Shown in pieces: positions 41,264-53,559 of a stretch of DNA of 64,000 nt. Positions within the stretch are counted from its first letter, which is position 1. Each line of letters begins with the position of its first letter. The translations under genes were made by a program, and so were the position numbers. Origin of the DNA: Eledone cirrhosa (Eukaryota); contig OZ024740.1 in the NCBI GenBank assembly GCA_964016885.1, forward strand, positions 379,688,001 to 379,752,000, in the 5' to 3' direction. A model generated the notes under the pieces. It did not search any database. It saw only the letters and a program-made list of their open reading frames with translations, and was not told the origin of the DNA.

Positions 41264-41655
41264 TATATAAATCAGGATGGATTCAGTAAGAAACTGGTTT
41301 GACTATTAGTCACCAGAGTATTCGATAAATGGAGTAGTACAGTATGGTTATATGAATGAGTACGGACCTCGCCGGCTGAGGTCCTGACTCATTCATATAT
41401 ATATATATACACAAATACAAACGTGTGTGCATGTTTGTGTGTATATTTGTGTTTGGTACATGGTAGTTTAAACAATATGATCATTCAATAGTTTATTATA
41501 TATGTGAAAGATGTCAAATATAATGTATTCTTGGAACTATTCCCATATAATTTCGATCGGATACAGATTTTGAGAGCACAGCGAATATATTTATGAACTG
41601 AGAATAAATAGTTGATCAAATCATAATTTGCATATTAGGGAGAGAAAGTGAGTGA

Positions 41656-41728
<73 letters not shown>

Positions 41729-42944
41729 GGGGGGAGATATGGAGTATACAATTATTGGGAAATAAGTCTGTGTAATATTCATGCCTTTCATTTTTAATCA
41801 GACGAGGTTCTTGAAGAAGGTTCCTTGACCATAGTAAAACACACCAACAAGATAACTTTGAAAAGTACCCCACTATGTAATATATATACAAGCATGCACG
41901 CAGAATACGATTCTTACCATAATTGAGTGTACAATCTTTAGTTTATACTACAAATTGCCATAACAATCTATCCACAATAAACATACCAGTTTTTTAACAT
42001 TTTCCGCTAAATTATTACAGGATTTTAAGAGACAATATGGTTGTCGATAACTATATATTTTGGAGGAATAGGTATTTCGAGGCCGGACATATATGAACAT
42101 GCAGTTGTCTGCTGTGATAAACAGTTTGTTGATAACTTTAACCGAGATACCAGTTGGTACCAGGGAGTATCTAATGTCAAATTTAAGTATTTCAAGGAGC
42201 GGACATCCAGTCACTCTGTGACATCAACACTAATATCAGCTCTGGATAAATCATTAAGCAAAATAAGCATGTGCTTAGGCCCTTGGTTAAAAAGGGTTCC
42301 TATAGAGTATTTGTCCAGTATTGAAGTTCCACGGGTGTACCATAATGTTTTATTACTTAGGATCTCTAGATATCTTAATCTAGCTCAGATTAATATAGCT
42401 ATGTATGATTGCATATGATCACAGTATACATTAGTCAAGAAGAATATATTTTCACTAAGTCATTATATTTTAAAGTTTCGATTAACAATCATCTTTAGAA
42501 TTTACACGTTTTTCCTCATTTAAGTTTATCTCGCCATTGCTTTATATATACTTTTTTTAAATATTTCTGACGATGGACTCAATTTAAAGCCTAAATATAG
42601 ACATTGAGTTGTGGGAAGTAACAACATAGCAAGAAAAGAAGGCGTTAAGAAAGAATTTGGCACGTGGACTAAAGGCTGAGAAGAAGAATGATTGCAAGTC
42701 TTATTGCTTTAAACACACACCAAGGAGAAACAGAATTAATTCAAAATGTACATTATATTTGTAATTGTCAAAAAAAACAAAAAAAAACTTAGTAGTTTAG
42801 TAATAATGCGGATATTAATGCTATTTGCTTCTTATACCCTTTCTATGTTTAATACAAATACGCATATACACATCCATCCATCCATACAATCATCCATCCA
42901 TCCTTACATACATACATACGTACGTACGTACATATGTATGTATG

Positions 42945-43495
42945 TTTTCTCTTTCTCTTAATTTTGAGTATATTTTTTTGACCGGCCACCTTCCTGGTGG
43001 CAAGGTTGTAAAAGAAAAGAAATTGTCATCCCTTGAATCGCAAGAATGTTTTGCAAATTTTGAAGGTGCCAGCTATCGCAGCCATTTGTAGACTATGAAT
43101 TAGGGAGCTGCGCTTTTTGTCCGCAAATCCAAGTTCAGTCATACTTTGGTCCAAGCGGGTTGGTATATAACCCGTAGCACCAATAATGATGGGTATGAAG
43201 CTAAAGGTGTATCTTGGATACTGGATTTGTAAACTCCTCATCAATGGTCCGTAGATGTCCTCCTTCTCCTGTATTTTTCTGACAACGTTTACATCAAGTG
43301 GGCAGCTGATCTCCACAACAGAACACGTTTTCAATGTGTGGTCCCAAACTACAATATCAGGCCGGTTGTGCTTTAATCTGGTGGCAGTTTTTATTTTCAG
43401 GTTCCACCAGTATTCCTTAGTGCCATCTGTCTCAATATATTCTTCCTCGTTTGTTGTTAATTTTGTTTTCCGAAGTGCGTTCCAGATGGTTCTAG
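42945..43495 (-). mobile_element. 3' end of an R4/Dong-like non-LTR element (restriction-like endonuclease) within (CATA)n
   Basis: WWNLKIKT..LKHNRPDIVVWD..CSVVEISCP..EKEDIY..IPIIIGATG..LQMAAIAGT; (TATG)n on both flanks. Confidence 0.85.
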
Positions 43496-43604
43496 ATGTA
43501 TGTATGTATGTATGTATGTATGTATGTGTGTATGTATGCATGTATGTATGTATGTATGCTGAAGCCGATCGTACTACAGTCCAGTATTATTATAATTGCT
43601 TTAC

Positions 43605-43750
43605 AGCATAGAGCTATGGCTCTCCACGCTCTGAGCTCAAATCCCGCCGAGGCCAACCTTGCCTTTCATCCCCACGGAGTCAACAAAAGAGAGTACCAGT
43701 AATGCGCTGAGCCAGTCGCTGGATCCGTGCCAAAAGCAGAAAAATTATTA
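43605..43750 (+). mobile_element. SINE A (heavily substituted copy)
   Basis: Core match with many T-to-C and A-to-G changes. Confidence 0.8.
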
Positions 43751-43774
43751 TTATTAAAGTTGTTTTCTTAAAGT

Positions 43775-43906
43775 TACTTTAGGCACAAGGCCAGCAATTA
43801 CCCAGTGCATTACTGGTACTTTATTTCATCCTTACGGGGTCGATAAAATAAAGTACCAGTAATGCACTGGGTAATTGCTGGCCTTGTGCCTAAAGTAGAA
43901 ACAATT
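43775..43906. mobile_element. Fold-back SINE A 3' end with 22-bp TSD
   Basis: Arms 43775-43826 and 43846-43898; TSD attattaaagttgttttcttaa at 43750-43771 and 43904-43925. Confidence 0.88.
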
Positions 43907-44329
43907 ATTAAAGTTGTTTTCTTAAGGTCCGGTCGCTGGTGATGGTGATGGCAGCGGTGGTGGTGGTGGTGGCAGTTGATGTTGTTGTGTTGTGTGTGTG
44001 TGTTTTGTTATTTTGAGTTTTTTTGTTTGTTTGTTGGGTTTTTTTTTTATCAATATACATACATATACATATATATATACACACACACATTCAACACAGA
44101 GTAGAGAGTGTAATCTTGTATCAGTAATGACGGTAATATATATATATATATGTGTGTGTGTAAGTGAGTAGCGTGTGTGTGTTTGTTTGTATGTATGAGT
44201 GTTGCTGTGTGCGCGCGTATGTATGCGTGTGTGTGTGCGCGTATGTATTTGTGTGTGGGCGCGTGTGTGTACGTCGTACGTATAAGTGTCAATAAGTGAG
44301 TTTTTTTTGTTTTTTTTTGCGCGGGGGCA

Positions 44330-44600
44330 TAGAAATAATCGGGCTGGATGCCCGATCGCGCAGTTAAACCACTGGGAGTGAAGAACCCCTAGCCCTTGTC
44401 AGAGCATTCTTCTAGGAGAAGGCATCTCAGGAAACTGGGTTAACTCCGACATAAAACCTGCGGCTCAGTAGTTACCGATGATGTTGATCATTTCTTCTTT
44501 TCGGGTTATAGCTACTGTCGCTCAGAGAGTGGGATTGACTCAGTGCAAAGTCTTTCCTCACTTAAAAAATATTCGTGATGCACAGGCATTGCACGATTGC
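44330..44600 (+). mobile_element. RTE 5' UTR segment, probably belonging to the 45120 element
   Basis: Collinear similarity with 50620-50830 (ctgggagtgaa, ttctaggaga, aaaacctgc, ccgatgatgttg, ttttcggg, gctcagagagtg, gcacaggcatt). Confidence 0.7.
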
Positions 44601-44644
44601 ATTAATAATTATTAATAGTGTATTATTATTATTATTGTTGTTAT

Positions 44645-45073
44645 TACTCTTTGAGTCTCAGTCATTGATGTTAGTTAACTGGAAAGTTTGTTGAAATGAA
44701 TATCAAGCCACTACCTGCAGCCTCAGATATTCAGGACGTATCGGAGGGTTCTTGCTGTTCCCAGCAAGCATGCCTTTTGAAGCGTTCCAAAAAGCGGGGC
44801 GGGGCCAATTTTCTTTAACCATCCCTGGAAACTTTTTGAGATAGTCCCTAGTGCGCCTATGACAATCGGGACCACTTTGACTTCATGGCAGTTCCAAATC
44901 CTTTTTACCTTCCACTTTAAGTCCTGGTATCGGTTAATTTTCTCCCTCTCCTTCTCTTGCACTCTCGTGTCGAATGGGCAGGCCACATCCACAATCAGGC
45001 ACGATCTTTTTTCTTTGTCCACAACCACCAGGTTAGGTCTATTTTGTTCCAGTTTCTTGTCCGTCTGTATCCT
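44645..45073 (-). mobile_element. 3' end of an R4/Dong-like element within (TAA)n
   Basis: QTDKKLEQNRPNLVVVDKEKRSCLIVDVACPFD..EKINRYQDL..VPIVIGALG..LQKACLLGTARTLRYVL*; (ATT)n flanks. Confidence 0.88.
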
Positions 45074-45119
45074 AATTATTGTTACTATTATTATTACTTT
45101 TTTTTTCCCAATTCAATTA

Positions 45120-48100
45120 TGTTCCAGAACAATATAAAAGAGATAATTGGCCATTTAGGTTCTGAAACAAAAAAGATAATTGGCAATAAGGGCAGGGGCC
45201 CCAGGTTATCACAGCCTGGGCCCGCTCGTCATCGTGCCATTGTAATAGAGCCAAACAAGGCATTTAGTCTTAGCTGCTGGAACGTACAGACGCTCCTTGA
45301 CAGGGATTCCTTGGAGCGTTCTGAACGAAGGACCGCTCTTTTTGCAAAGGAGCTTCGACGTCGTGGCATCGTGGCTTGACATCGTAGCTTTATCTGAGAC
45401 GAGGTTAGCTGGAGATGGTCATCTTACAGAATTTTGTGGAGAATATACATTCTTCTGGAAAGGAAGAGATGAAGGAACCAGAAGAGAGGCTGGGGTAGGA
45501 TTTGCTGTTAAGACTGTTCTTGTGAATAAATTAGAAGAATTCCCAGTAGGGATTAGTGAGCGTCTTATGTCCATGAGAATTCCGCTGGATAAAGGAAGAT
45601 ATGCGACCCTGGTGAGTGGGTATGCTCCAACTATGAATTCTGTCGATGAAGAAAAAGTGTCCTTTTACCATGCGTTGAAAGGTGTTTTAAGAAATATCCC
45701 TCAGGCAGACAAAGTCATCGTGCTTGGTGACTTTAATGCTAGAGTGGGTAGGGATTTTAACACATGGAATGTAATCGGAAGGCATGGGGTGGGAAAGTTC
45801 AACAACAATGGTATGCTCCTGCTGCAGATGTGTGAGGAGCTGGATCTGTGTGTTACCAACACCATGTTCCAACAAAAGAACAAATTCAAGACCACATGGA
45901 TGCATCCTGCATCTAAGGAATGGCATCTTTTGGACTACGTCCTAGTCAGGATGCGTGACAGACAGGATGTGCAGTGTGTTCGTGCTCTTCGTGGAGCTGA
46001 GTGCTGGACGGACCACCGACTGGTACGCGCAAAAGTGAAACTAATCACTAAACGTAAAATCCGGGCTCCTGGTGTTGCCCTGCCCAAAAGATTGAATGTT
46101 GCTCGTCTCAAGGATAAAAATGTGAAGAGGACATTGGAAGAAGAGATGCAGGCTGCAGATCTTGGTGAGGATTGGCCGACCCTTAAAAAGTCGATTTATG
46201 ATGTAGGCAGGCGTGTTTTGGGATTGGTGCAGAGAAAACATCAGGACTGGTTTAATGAGAATGATGTACATATAGAAGACTTGTTGGCTGATAAGAGGCG
46301 TGCTCTGTCACGCTACTTGACGGCAAAATCACAGGAGAGGAATACGTTGCATGAGGAACTCAAGGATATAAAATCACGTGTTAGGCGGTGTCTTTCTCAG
46401 ATGAAGGATCAGTGGTGGAGTGAGAAGGCTGGTGAGATACAAACTGCGTCAGATTCCAATAACACAAAGCTGTTGTACAGTCTCTTGCGTGAGGTTTATG
46501 GACCGTCTTCTTCTCTGGTGACACCGCTTCGCAGCAAGGATGGCAAAGAACTTCTTCGTGACTCACAAGGAATTCTACGAAGGTGGCGAGAGCACTTTGA
46601 TGATCTTTTGAATCAGCCGTCTGTCGTCAGTGAAGATTTCCTCAATCTCATTCCAGAAAGTCCCGTGAAAATAGCTCTCGCAGAACCTCCGACGCTTGTG
46701 GAGGTTGCAGTGGCTATCTCGAAACTGAACAGTGGAAGGCCTCCAGGTATGGATGGCATACATGCTGAGCTCCTACAATATGGTGGTGAGAGACTCCTGC
46801 AACATCTTCACTCTTTGTTTGGCAGGATATGGGCTAATGAATCCGTACCTGAGGACTGAAGAGATGCAGTAATGGTGGTCTTGTACAAGGGAAAGGGTAA
46901 CAGGAATGATTGTGCGAACTACAGAGGTATATCATTGCTTTCTGTCGTAGGGAAAGTTTTATGTAGGGTGCTTCTGGACCGTCTGCTGACACACATTGCA
47001 GATTGTGTTCTTCCTGAAAGTCAATCTGGTTTTCGTGCTGGACGCGGCACTACTGATATGATCTTCTCAGCTAGACAGCTCCAGGAGAAGTACATGGAAC
47101 AAGGTTTGGATCTGTATCAGGTTTTTGTCGATCTGACAAAAGCTTTCGATACTGTTAACAGAGATGCATTATGGAAGGTTCTCCAGAAACTTGGTTGCCT
47201 TGATAAGTTCCTTGCTTTAGTTAGGTCTTTCCATGACGACATGAAGGCTTGGGTTAATGTCGGAGGTAACATGTCGGAGCCTATCTCAGTAAAAATATGG
47301 AGTGAAACTGGGGGATATTCCAGCACCGACCATGTTTGCCATATACTTTGCAATGGTTTTCTGTATTGCATTCAGGAATTGCGAGCATGGTGTTTACATC
47401 CGATATCGAACCTCAGGCAGCATATTTAATATCAGACGCTTTGCTGCAAAGACAAAAGTATTTACATCAATCATAAGAGACCTCTTGTATGCAGATGAGC
47501 GCACACAGAGAGTGATATGCAGCACATTTTGAATGCATTTTCTGACGCTTGCACTGGCCTAGGATTGACTGTCAGTCTCAAGAAAACCGTCGTCATGTAC
47601 CAACCTGCCCCTGGTAAGCAGTACACTGAACCAAATATCTATGTGTATGGTAAACGACTTGGAGTGGTTGATCAGTTTGTCTACTTGCGAAGCACTGTCA
47701 ATCGATACAGCAACCTTGACAGTGAAATCTCACTTAGGATTAGGAAAGCAAGTGATGCTTTCGGAAAGCTAGAAAGGCGACTCTGGGGTCGGCGAGACAT
47801 ATGCAGGAGGACAAAGGTAAAGGTGTACAAGGCATGTGTGCTCTCTTGTCTTCTTTATGCCTGCGAGACCTGGGTCACATATCGACACCACCTTAAGCAA
47901 TTGGAGCGTTTCCATCAGATGTGTCTCAGACGGATCCATAGCGTTCACTGGAGGGACCACATCAGTGATGTCGAGATTTTGGAAAGCTCTGTGTGAGACA
48001 GTATAGAAGCTCTTGTGCTTAAGCAACGACTCCGTTGGAGTGGTCACCTTGCCAGGATGAAGGATTCTAGAATACCAAAACAACTCTTTTATGGAGAGTT

Positions 48101-48845
48101 GGTTAAAGGAAAACGACCGCCACATAAACCAAAAAAAGAGGTATAAGGATTCCTTGAAATCCTCTTTGAAAGACGCTAACATCTCTGCTGATACATGGGA
48201 AAATATTGCTGCTGATCGTAATAAATGGAGAAAGACTGTATATGAAGGAAAAGTTGCCTTTGAGGCATCTCGAATCGCGTACGAGAAAGTAAAGCGGGAT
48301 GTGAGGAAAAACATTGCCGTTGCACTTCCAGACGGCGAGGGACCTCCTATGGTGCTGACATGCAGCGTCTGTGCGAGACTGCCTAAGCAAAGCTGGACTC
48401 GAAAGTCATCTTCGCAGTCATAAAGTAAGACCAGTGGTTGACTACCAGGCTGCTGTTGGAGATGCTACTCATCATGCTTGCCAAACATGTGGTAGAGAAT
48501 GTAAATCAGCAGGAGGGCTCAAGCGACATGCAAAAGTACATGAACTCCAACCACAGCCGGCTATTCCCAGTGAATGTTTTGGTTGCCGACTCTCTGCAAG
48601 ACATTTTAGATCATTGGCTGGGCTAAAAAGCCACATTCGATCGCAGCGCTGTTAGTTGTTGTCGTGTGTGTGTGTATAGATATGTTTATGTGTGTGCGTG
48701 TGTGTGTATATATATATGTATATGTATATTATTATTGTTGTTATTGTCGTTATTATTATTGTTGTTATTATTTTTATTATTATTATTGTTATTAATATAT
48801 GTGTATGTATATGTATGTGTATTTATATGTATATATGTATGTATC

Positions 48846-48892
<47 letters not shown>

Positions 48893-48990
48893 TTATTTAT
48901 TAAAAAAAAAAATTTTTAAGTTATTTTTTTTATTTATTTTTTTTTTCTCCTGCAATGGCCATACTCGATAACGAGGGGGCAGCCATCACG
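45120..48990 (+). mobile_element. Near-full-length RTE (BovB-like) LINE, disrupted: APE + RT + three C2H2 fingers
   Basis: CWNVQTL, DIVALSETR, YAPT, LGDFNARVG, LDYVL, TDH; NYRGISLL, ESQSGFR, FVDLTKAFD; YADD region damaged by deletion (LLYADE); stops at 46857 and 47994 plus frameshifts; (TATG)n tail. Confidence 0.95.
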
Positions 48991-49001
48991 TATGTATGTA
49001 T

Positions 49002-50415
49002 ATCAGGTCATTCTCGAGCGTTACTAGTAACATGTAACCTAGTACAAACTCTCGCATAGTTGAGTCATCGGCAACTAAACTACCAACCTCATCAAGCTAG
49101 CTCCCACTTTTCCATTTGCTTTGTAGTTGTATTCTTAACAGCATCTACCAACACCGATGCTGGAATATATACGTTATCAAACCTTAGGAAGGCTCTTGAA
49201 CATCCGACGGTTCCTTGGTGCATAAAAAGCATATGTTGCACTGATAGCTGATCTTTATGCAGACGACTATGATTTTGTTAACCACACGAAAGAAGACCCT
49301 CAATTTCTGATGGACTGCTTCTCGGCAGCGTGGGATGTACCAACAAGCAAATATGGTGGTGATGTACCAACAAGCATCCGGACAGTGATATATTCCATCA
49401 AACAAATCTGTTAAAAGTAAAATATGGGAAGTTTTGGAAAAGTTCATCTACCTGTGTATTACTCACTCCCAAACCAATACCCCTGATGAAGAAGTTAGCT
49501 ATCGCTTGTCTAAATCTTCCGATGCTTTTGATAAGTTGGAGAAGCGTCTGAGGTCAGAGTCATATGTTGCTGTGCACACGAAAGTTAAAGTGTATCCAGC
49601 ATGTGTGCTTACAGCCTTGATGTATGGATGTAAGACATGGACAACATGCTGCGGGATTATCCAGTGTCTCGAATATTTGCACCAACAATGCTTGCATTCC
49701 ATCCTCAATATCTCATGGAATTCTCATACTCCAGATACTGATGTGCTGCAGCGGGCCTATCTATTATGATCATGACACAGTTTCGGGTGGTCAAGTCACA
49801 TAGTACGTCTAGAGGACAGCAGACACCCATAGCAAGCGCTTTAAATATTATCAGAAAAAAACCAGAAGAATGTCAACATCAACACCGAAACATGCACAAA
49901 TCTGGCTAAATCTGCTGGCTCCCGGTATTAAGGAATTTGAAAAGATGCAGAGAGCCTATGCTGACGTGAAACGAGCAGCTAAATATATGGGTGATGTTAG
50001 TCCGCTCACAGAACGGGGTTAGAAAGTGACTCTTACTTGTGAGGGATCCGGAAGAGTATGCATATCAAAGGCTGGGCTACTACGCCATAATAGACATGAT
50101 ATTCATGGAAATAACAACTTTGAGTCCCTCATACACCTTGGTTTCACATGTGGTATCTGTACCAAAGTGTGTCACTCTGCAAGTGGGCTAATGCAGCATC
50201 ACAAAGCATGCTACGCTAATCAAACTCAAGTAGGCAGGAAACTTACCTGCACACTGTATGGTATGACATGTAAGTCACTTCCTGGTTGGATGAGCCATCT
50301 AAGGCGGCATCAACGACAGCAACATCAATAACACGTTTTTGCCAATGCCTTTCTTTTTGTTTAAGACGTGGCCGTACTCGGACACAAGTTGCCTTCCACT
50401 ATGTATGTATGTATG
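49002..50415 (+). mobile_element. Internally deleted, decayed RTE with three C2H2 remnants
   Basis: 5' head shared with 50416; EEVSYRLSKSSDAFDKLEKRL..TKVKVY..LMYGCKTW; C..C.S..GL..H motifs in ORF 50026; (TATG)n tail. Confidence 0.88.
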
Positions 50416-50950
50416 TTAGGTCGCTCTCGCGTGCTACTGGTAATATGTAACCCAGTACAACCTGTATCATGGTCGAGTCATCGGCGACTAAACCGGCAAC
50501 CCCACCAAGCCTGCTTGGTGAGGAGGGTAATATTTCGACACCCTGCGGGATGAAATACAAGACCCAGCAAGGGCGGAGGAACTCAACAGAGTCAACGGCC
50601 ATCCAAATAGTACCTTTTTTCCCACCTGGGAGTGAAAGGCCCCCAGTTATTATCACAACACCTTTCTAGGAGAGAGAAACTCTGAAAAAAAACCTGCAGC
50701 TTCTGAAGCATCCGATGATGTTGTCAAGTTCTCCTTTTCGGGTAGTGTTTTCGATGCTCAGAGAGTGTGATTGGTCGAGTGCAAGGCCTTTCCCCACTTA
50801 GAAAACCTTCAAAGCACAGGCATTACTTGTTCAGGATCTGTTACAGGTTCGTGTGGCTGCCCGTAGCCTAAAAGTGCACTATTTTCTGTAACCTGACAAG
50901 CGATTGCAATATTGTTAGCAGAGTTTGCAGCCACCATGTATGTATGTATA
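50416..50950 (+). mobile_element. Non-autonomous RTE derivative (5' UTR joined to 3' tail)
   Basis: Head matches 49002-49100, middle matches 44330-44600, ends gcagccacc+(ATGT)n like the 48980 tail. Confidence 0.75.
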
Positions 50951-52599
50951 CCTAAGGATATATCATATGACGTCAATGGATAACAATGTAAAGTAAATAT
51001 TGAGTTGGATTGTAAAGGCCAATCGAATTAACTTTTTATACAATGAAAGTTTATATCCATACATCTTTATTTCAGAAATATAAATCATTTACATTACTGC
51101 ACTAACGAATGTGTTTATTGATGTTCAGGCCTGCGTGTAATAAGTCCAGGGTAAATGTGAAATATAGGCCGCATTTAATAATATTGAGTATTCTAACAAT
51201 CAGTAATATATACATGATTTATATTGAATGATTCAACATGCAAGTAGATACAGTATATGTGATGTAATTACTTGTTACGAGTATATATTCTCAAAATTGT
51301 GAGCTCACATTAATATCTACCCCTCTCTCTTGTCTGGTTTGATGGTTCGTTTTGTTCTGCTCATCCAATGATAATAAGAACCGAAGGAATGTGGTTTATC
51401 TCAATTAAATAGAAATCAGCTAATCTTTAGTGCGACGCATTCTGACCGATTTAAATTCGCGTCACTTTATCTCTAAACTCGTTCAACCACTAAATGAAAA
51501 CAATTCTGATCCTTGAATCTAATTCTGAAAAGAAATGATCATGTACTTTCGTAATGTTTGCATACATTGGTCAAATATTTTATGTTACAGATAAACCATA
51601 TAAAATTGTAACGAAATTCAGGGGCTGCAATTCGCAGTCCCATTGTGAGTGGAACTTTCCCATTGCCAGCTCATGTAATGTTGATAATTGTGTCCAGATG
51701 TTAACTTACATATTCAAGCATTTTTTCTTATATTATCTGACAGTGACTCATATATTTTCTAGCAGGATTAAGGCAAGCCTCATTTTCCTCAAACAAGAAC
51801 ATAGCTAAACTGAACACCGAAGACATTTCATAAATGCCTCCAAGATCTGCTAACCTGATCATTCTTGATTTAATCTCGTGGAGATATCTTAACAATAAAG
51901 TCTATTAATCTAATGTCTCTGACAGCTAAGAATTATGAAGTGTTTGCTAACCTGACAGCTGATTTTTCAAAGCTTACCATGCGATTGCAAGACTGTCTGG
52001 CGAATAATTACCGGACAATCCTTATAATTCAGTTAATTGCATAACTGTTTGATATTATATCGCTATGTAAATATTGCGGTTAATTTCTTATAAAAATAAA
52101 ATAAAATTTCAGCCAAGTGCATATCTTGGCAATTTTAAGTAAAGAAAAAAACGTGAAATGTAGCATAAAATTGAAAATATATTTGTTTTGATACGAATAA
52201 AGAGGTTCTGGAAGGTTCCATTTTCATGGTAATTTAATATGATGCTCTCAATACTTCAAGTTTACAAAACTAAATATGGAAAGTGAATTCAAGTTCTTAT
52301 TATTTAAAATATACAGTATATTTGTAATTGTCAAAGAAAAGACGTTACTTTAGTAGTATTAACGGATATTAATGTTATTTACTTCTTACACCGATTCCAT
52401 TATTTTATTGAACTGAAAAACATCGAAGTTCTGATTCTGGGCATTTTTATGCTGTTTTGAATGTGTAGGGAAAATAGTCAAGAAATGAATCACCATTGTA
52501 GACAAAATATAGTTTTAAATCAAGCAGTGTTTGGTCCATTGCTTGATTTAAAACTATATATTAAGAATTTTGTGTCTACAATGGTGATTTATTTCTTGA

Positions 52600-53286
52600 T
52601 AAGAATTGCAAAAGCTGGTGCAGTAATGCACCAGCTTCAGCCTTCAGTAATCAAAAGAAGGGAGGTAGGCGTAAAAGTCAAACTTGCTATCTTCAATTCG
52701 GTTTTCATGCCGAGCCTTACCTATGGTCATGAATCTTGGATAATGACCAAAAGAATACAATCGCGAATACAAGCGGCCGAAATGGGGTTCCTCTGAAGGG
52801 TCTTTGGAGTAATGTTACTCGATAAAGTGTGTAGCTTGGAGATCAGAGACTCAGCCAAGGTAGTGCCGCTACTTCTCCGAATTGAGAGATCATAGTTCCG
52901 ATACTATGAACTTGTGGTTAGAATGTCACAGGAAAGAATCGCTGGACAGATTTTATGGGTAGAACCAACCGGCAGGAAACCCAGAGGTAGACCCCGTGCA
53001 AGATGGTTGGATAACATTCATGAGCTCGGCTGGTCACGCTTGGGGATCCAGCCACATCAGTTGGAGACGGTTGTTTCTGACAGGATCCGTTGGAGGGAGT
53101 GTTTGAAGATTCTGACCCACGACCTTCTCAGTGGGCGAAGAAGAAGAAGAAGAAGAAGAAGAAGAAAAAGAAGAAGAAGAAGAAGAAGAAGAAGAAGAAG
53201 AAGAAGAAGAAGAAGAAGAAGAAGAAGAAGAAAAATAAAAAGAAAAAGAAAAAGAAAAAGAAGAAGAAGAAGAAGAAGAAGAAGAG
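52600..53286 (+). mobile_element. 5'-truncated RTE (Expander/Rex3-like) with (GAA)n tail and 16-bp TSD
   Basis: RIAKAGAVM..LTYGHESWIMT..IQAAEMGFL, GRKPRGRPRARWLD; TSD aagcagtgtttggtcc at 52522-52537 and 53287-53302. Confidence 0.92.
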
Positions 53287-53559
53287 AAGCAGTGTTTGGT
53301 CCTATTTTGATTGACATGTATAATGGAATAATAAACTTAACATTACTCACGTATAACCATCTGCTCTTCACGAGCTGTATGGTTCGGCATTCAAATTATA
53401 TCTATTTCTAAGATGAGTGGTTTATAGAAGATAGAAGAATGACCAGTATGAAGCCACTATTTTACGAGGTCAGATATTCCAGAAGCTGGAATGCTGATAT
53501 TTCCAAATATTATATCTGGCCTCAAGATAAAATGTAGCAACCTATCGGTTTCGTGTGAA

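Noticed and set aside
45120-48655. Active LINE or host zinc-finger gene
   Set aside because: Multiple stops and frameshifts, YADD damaged; the fingers are the LINE C-terminus.
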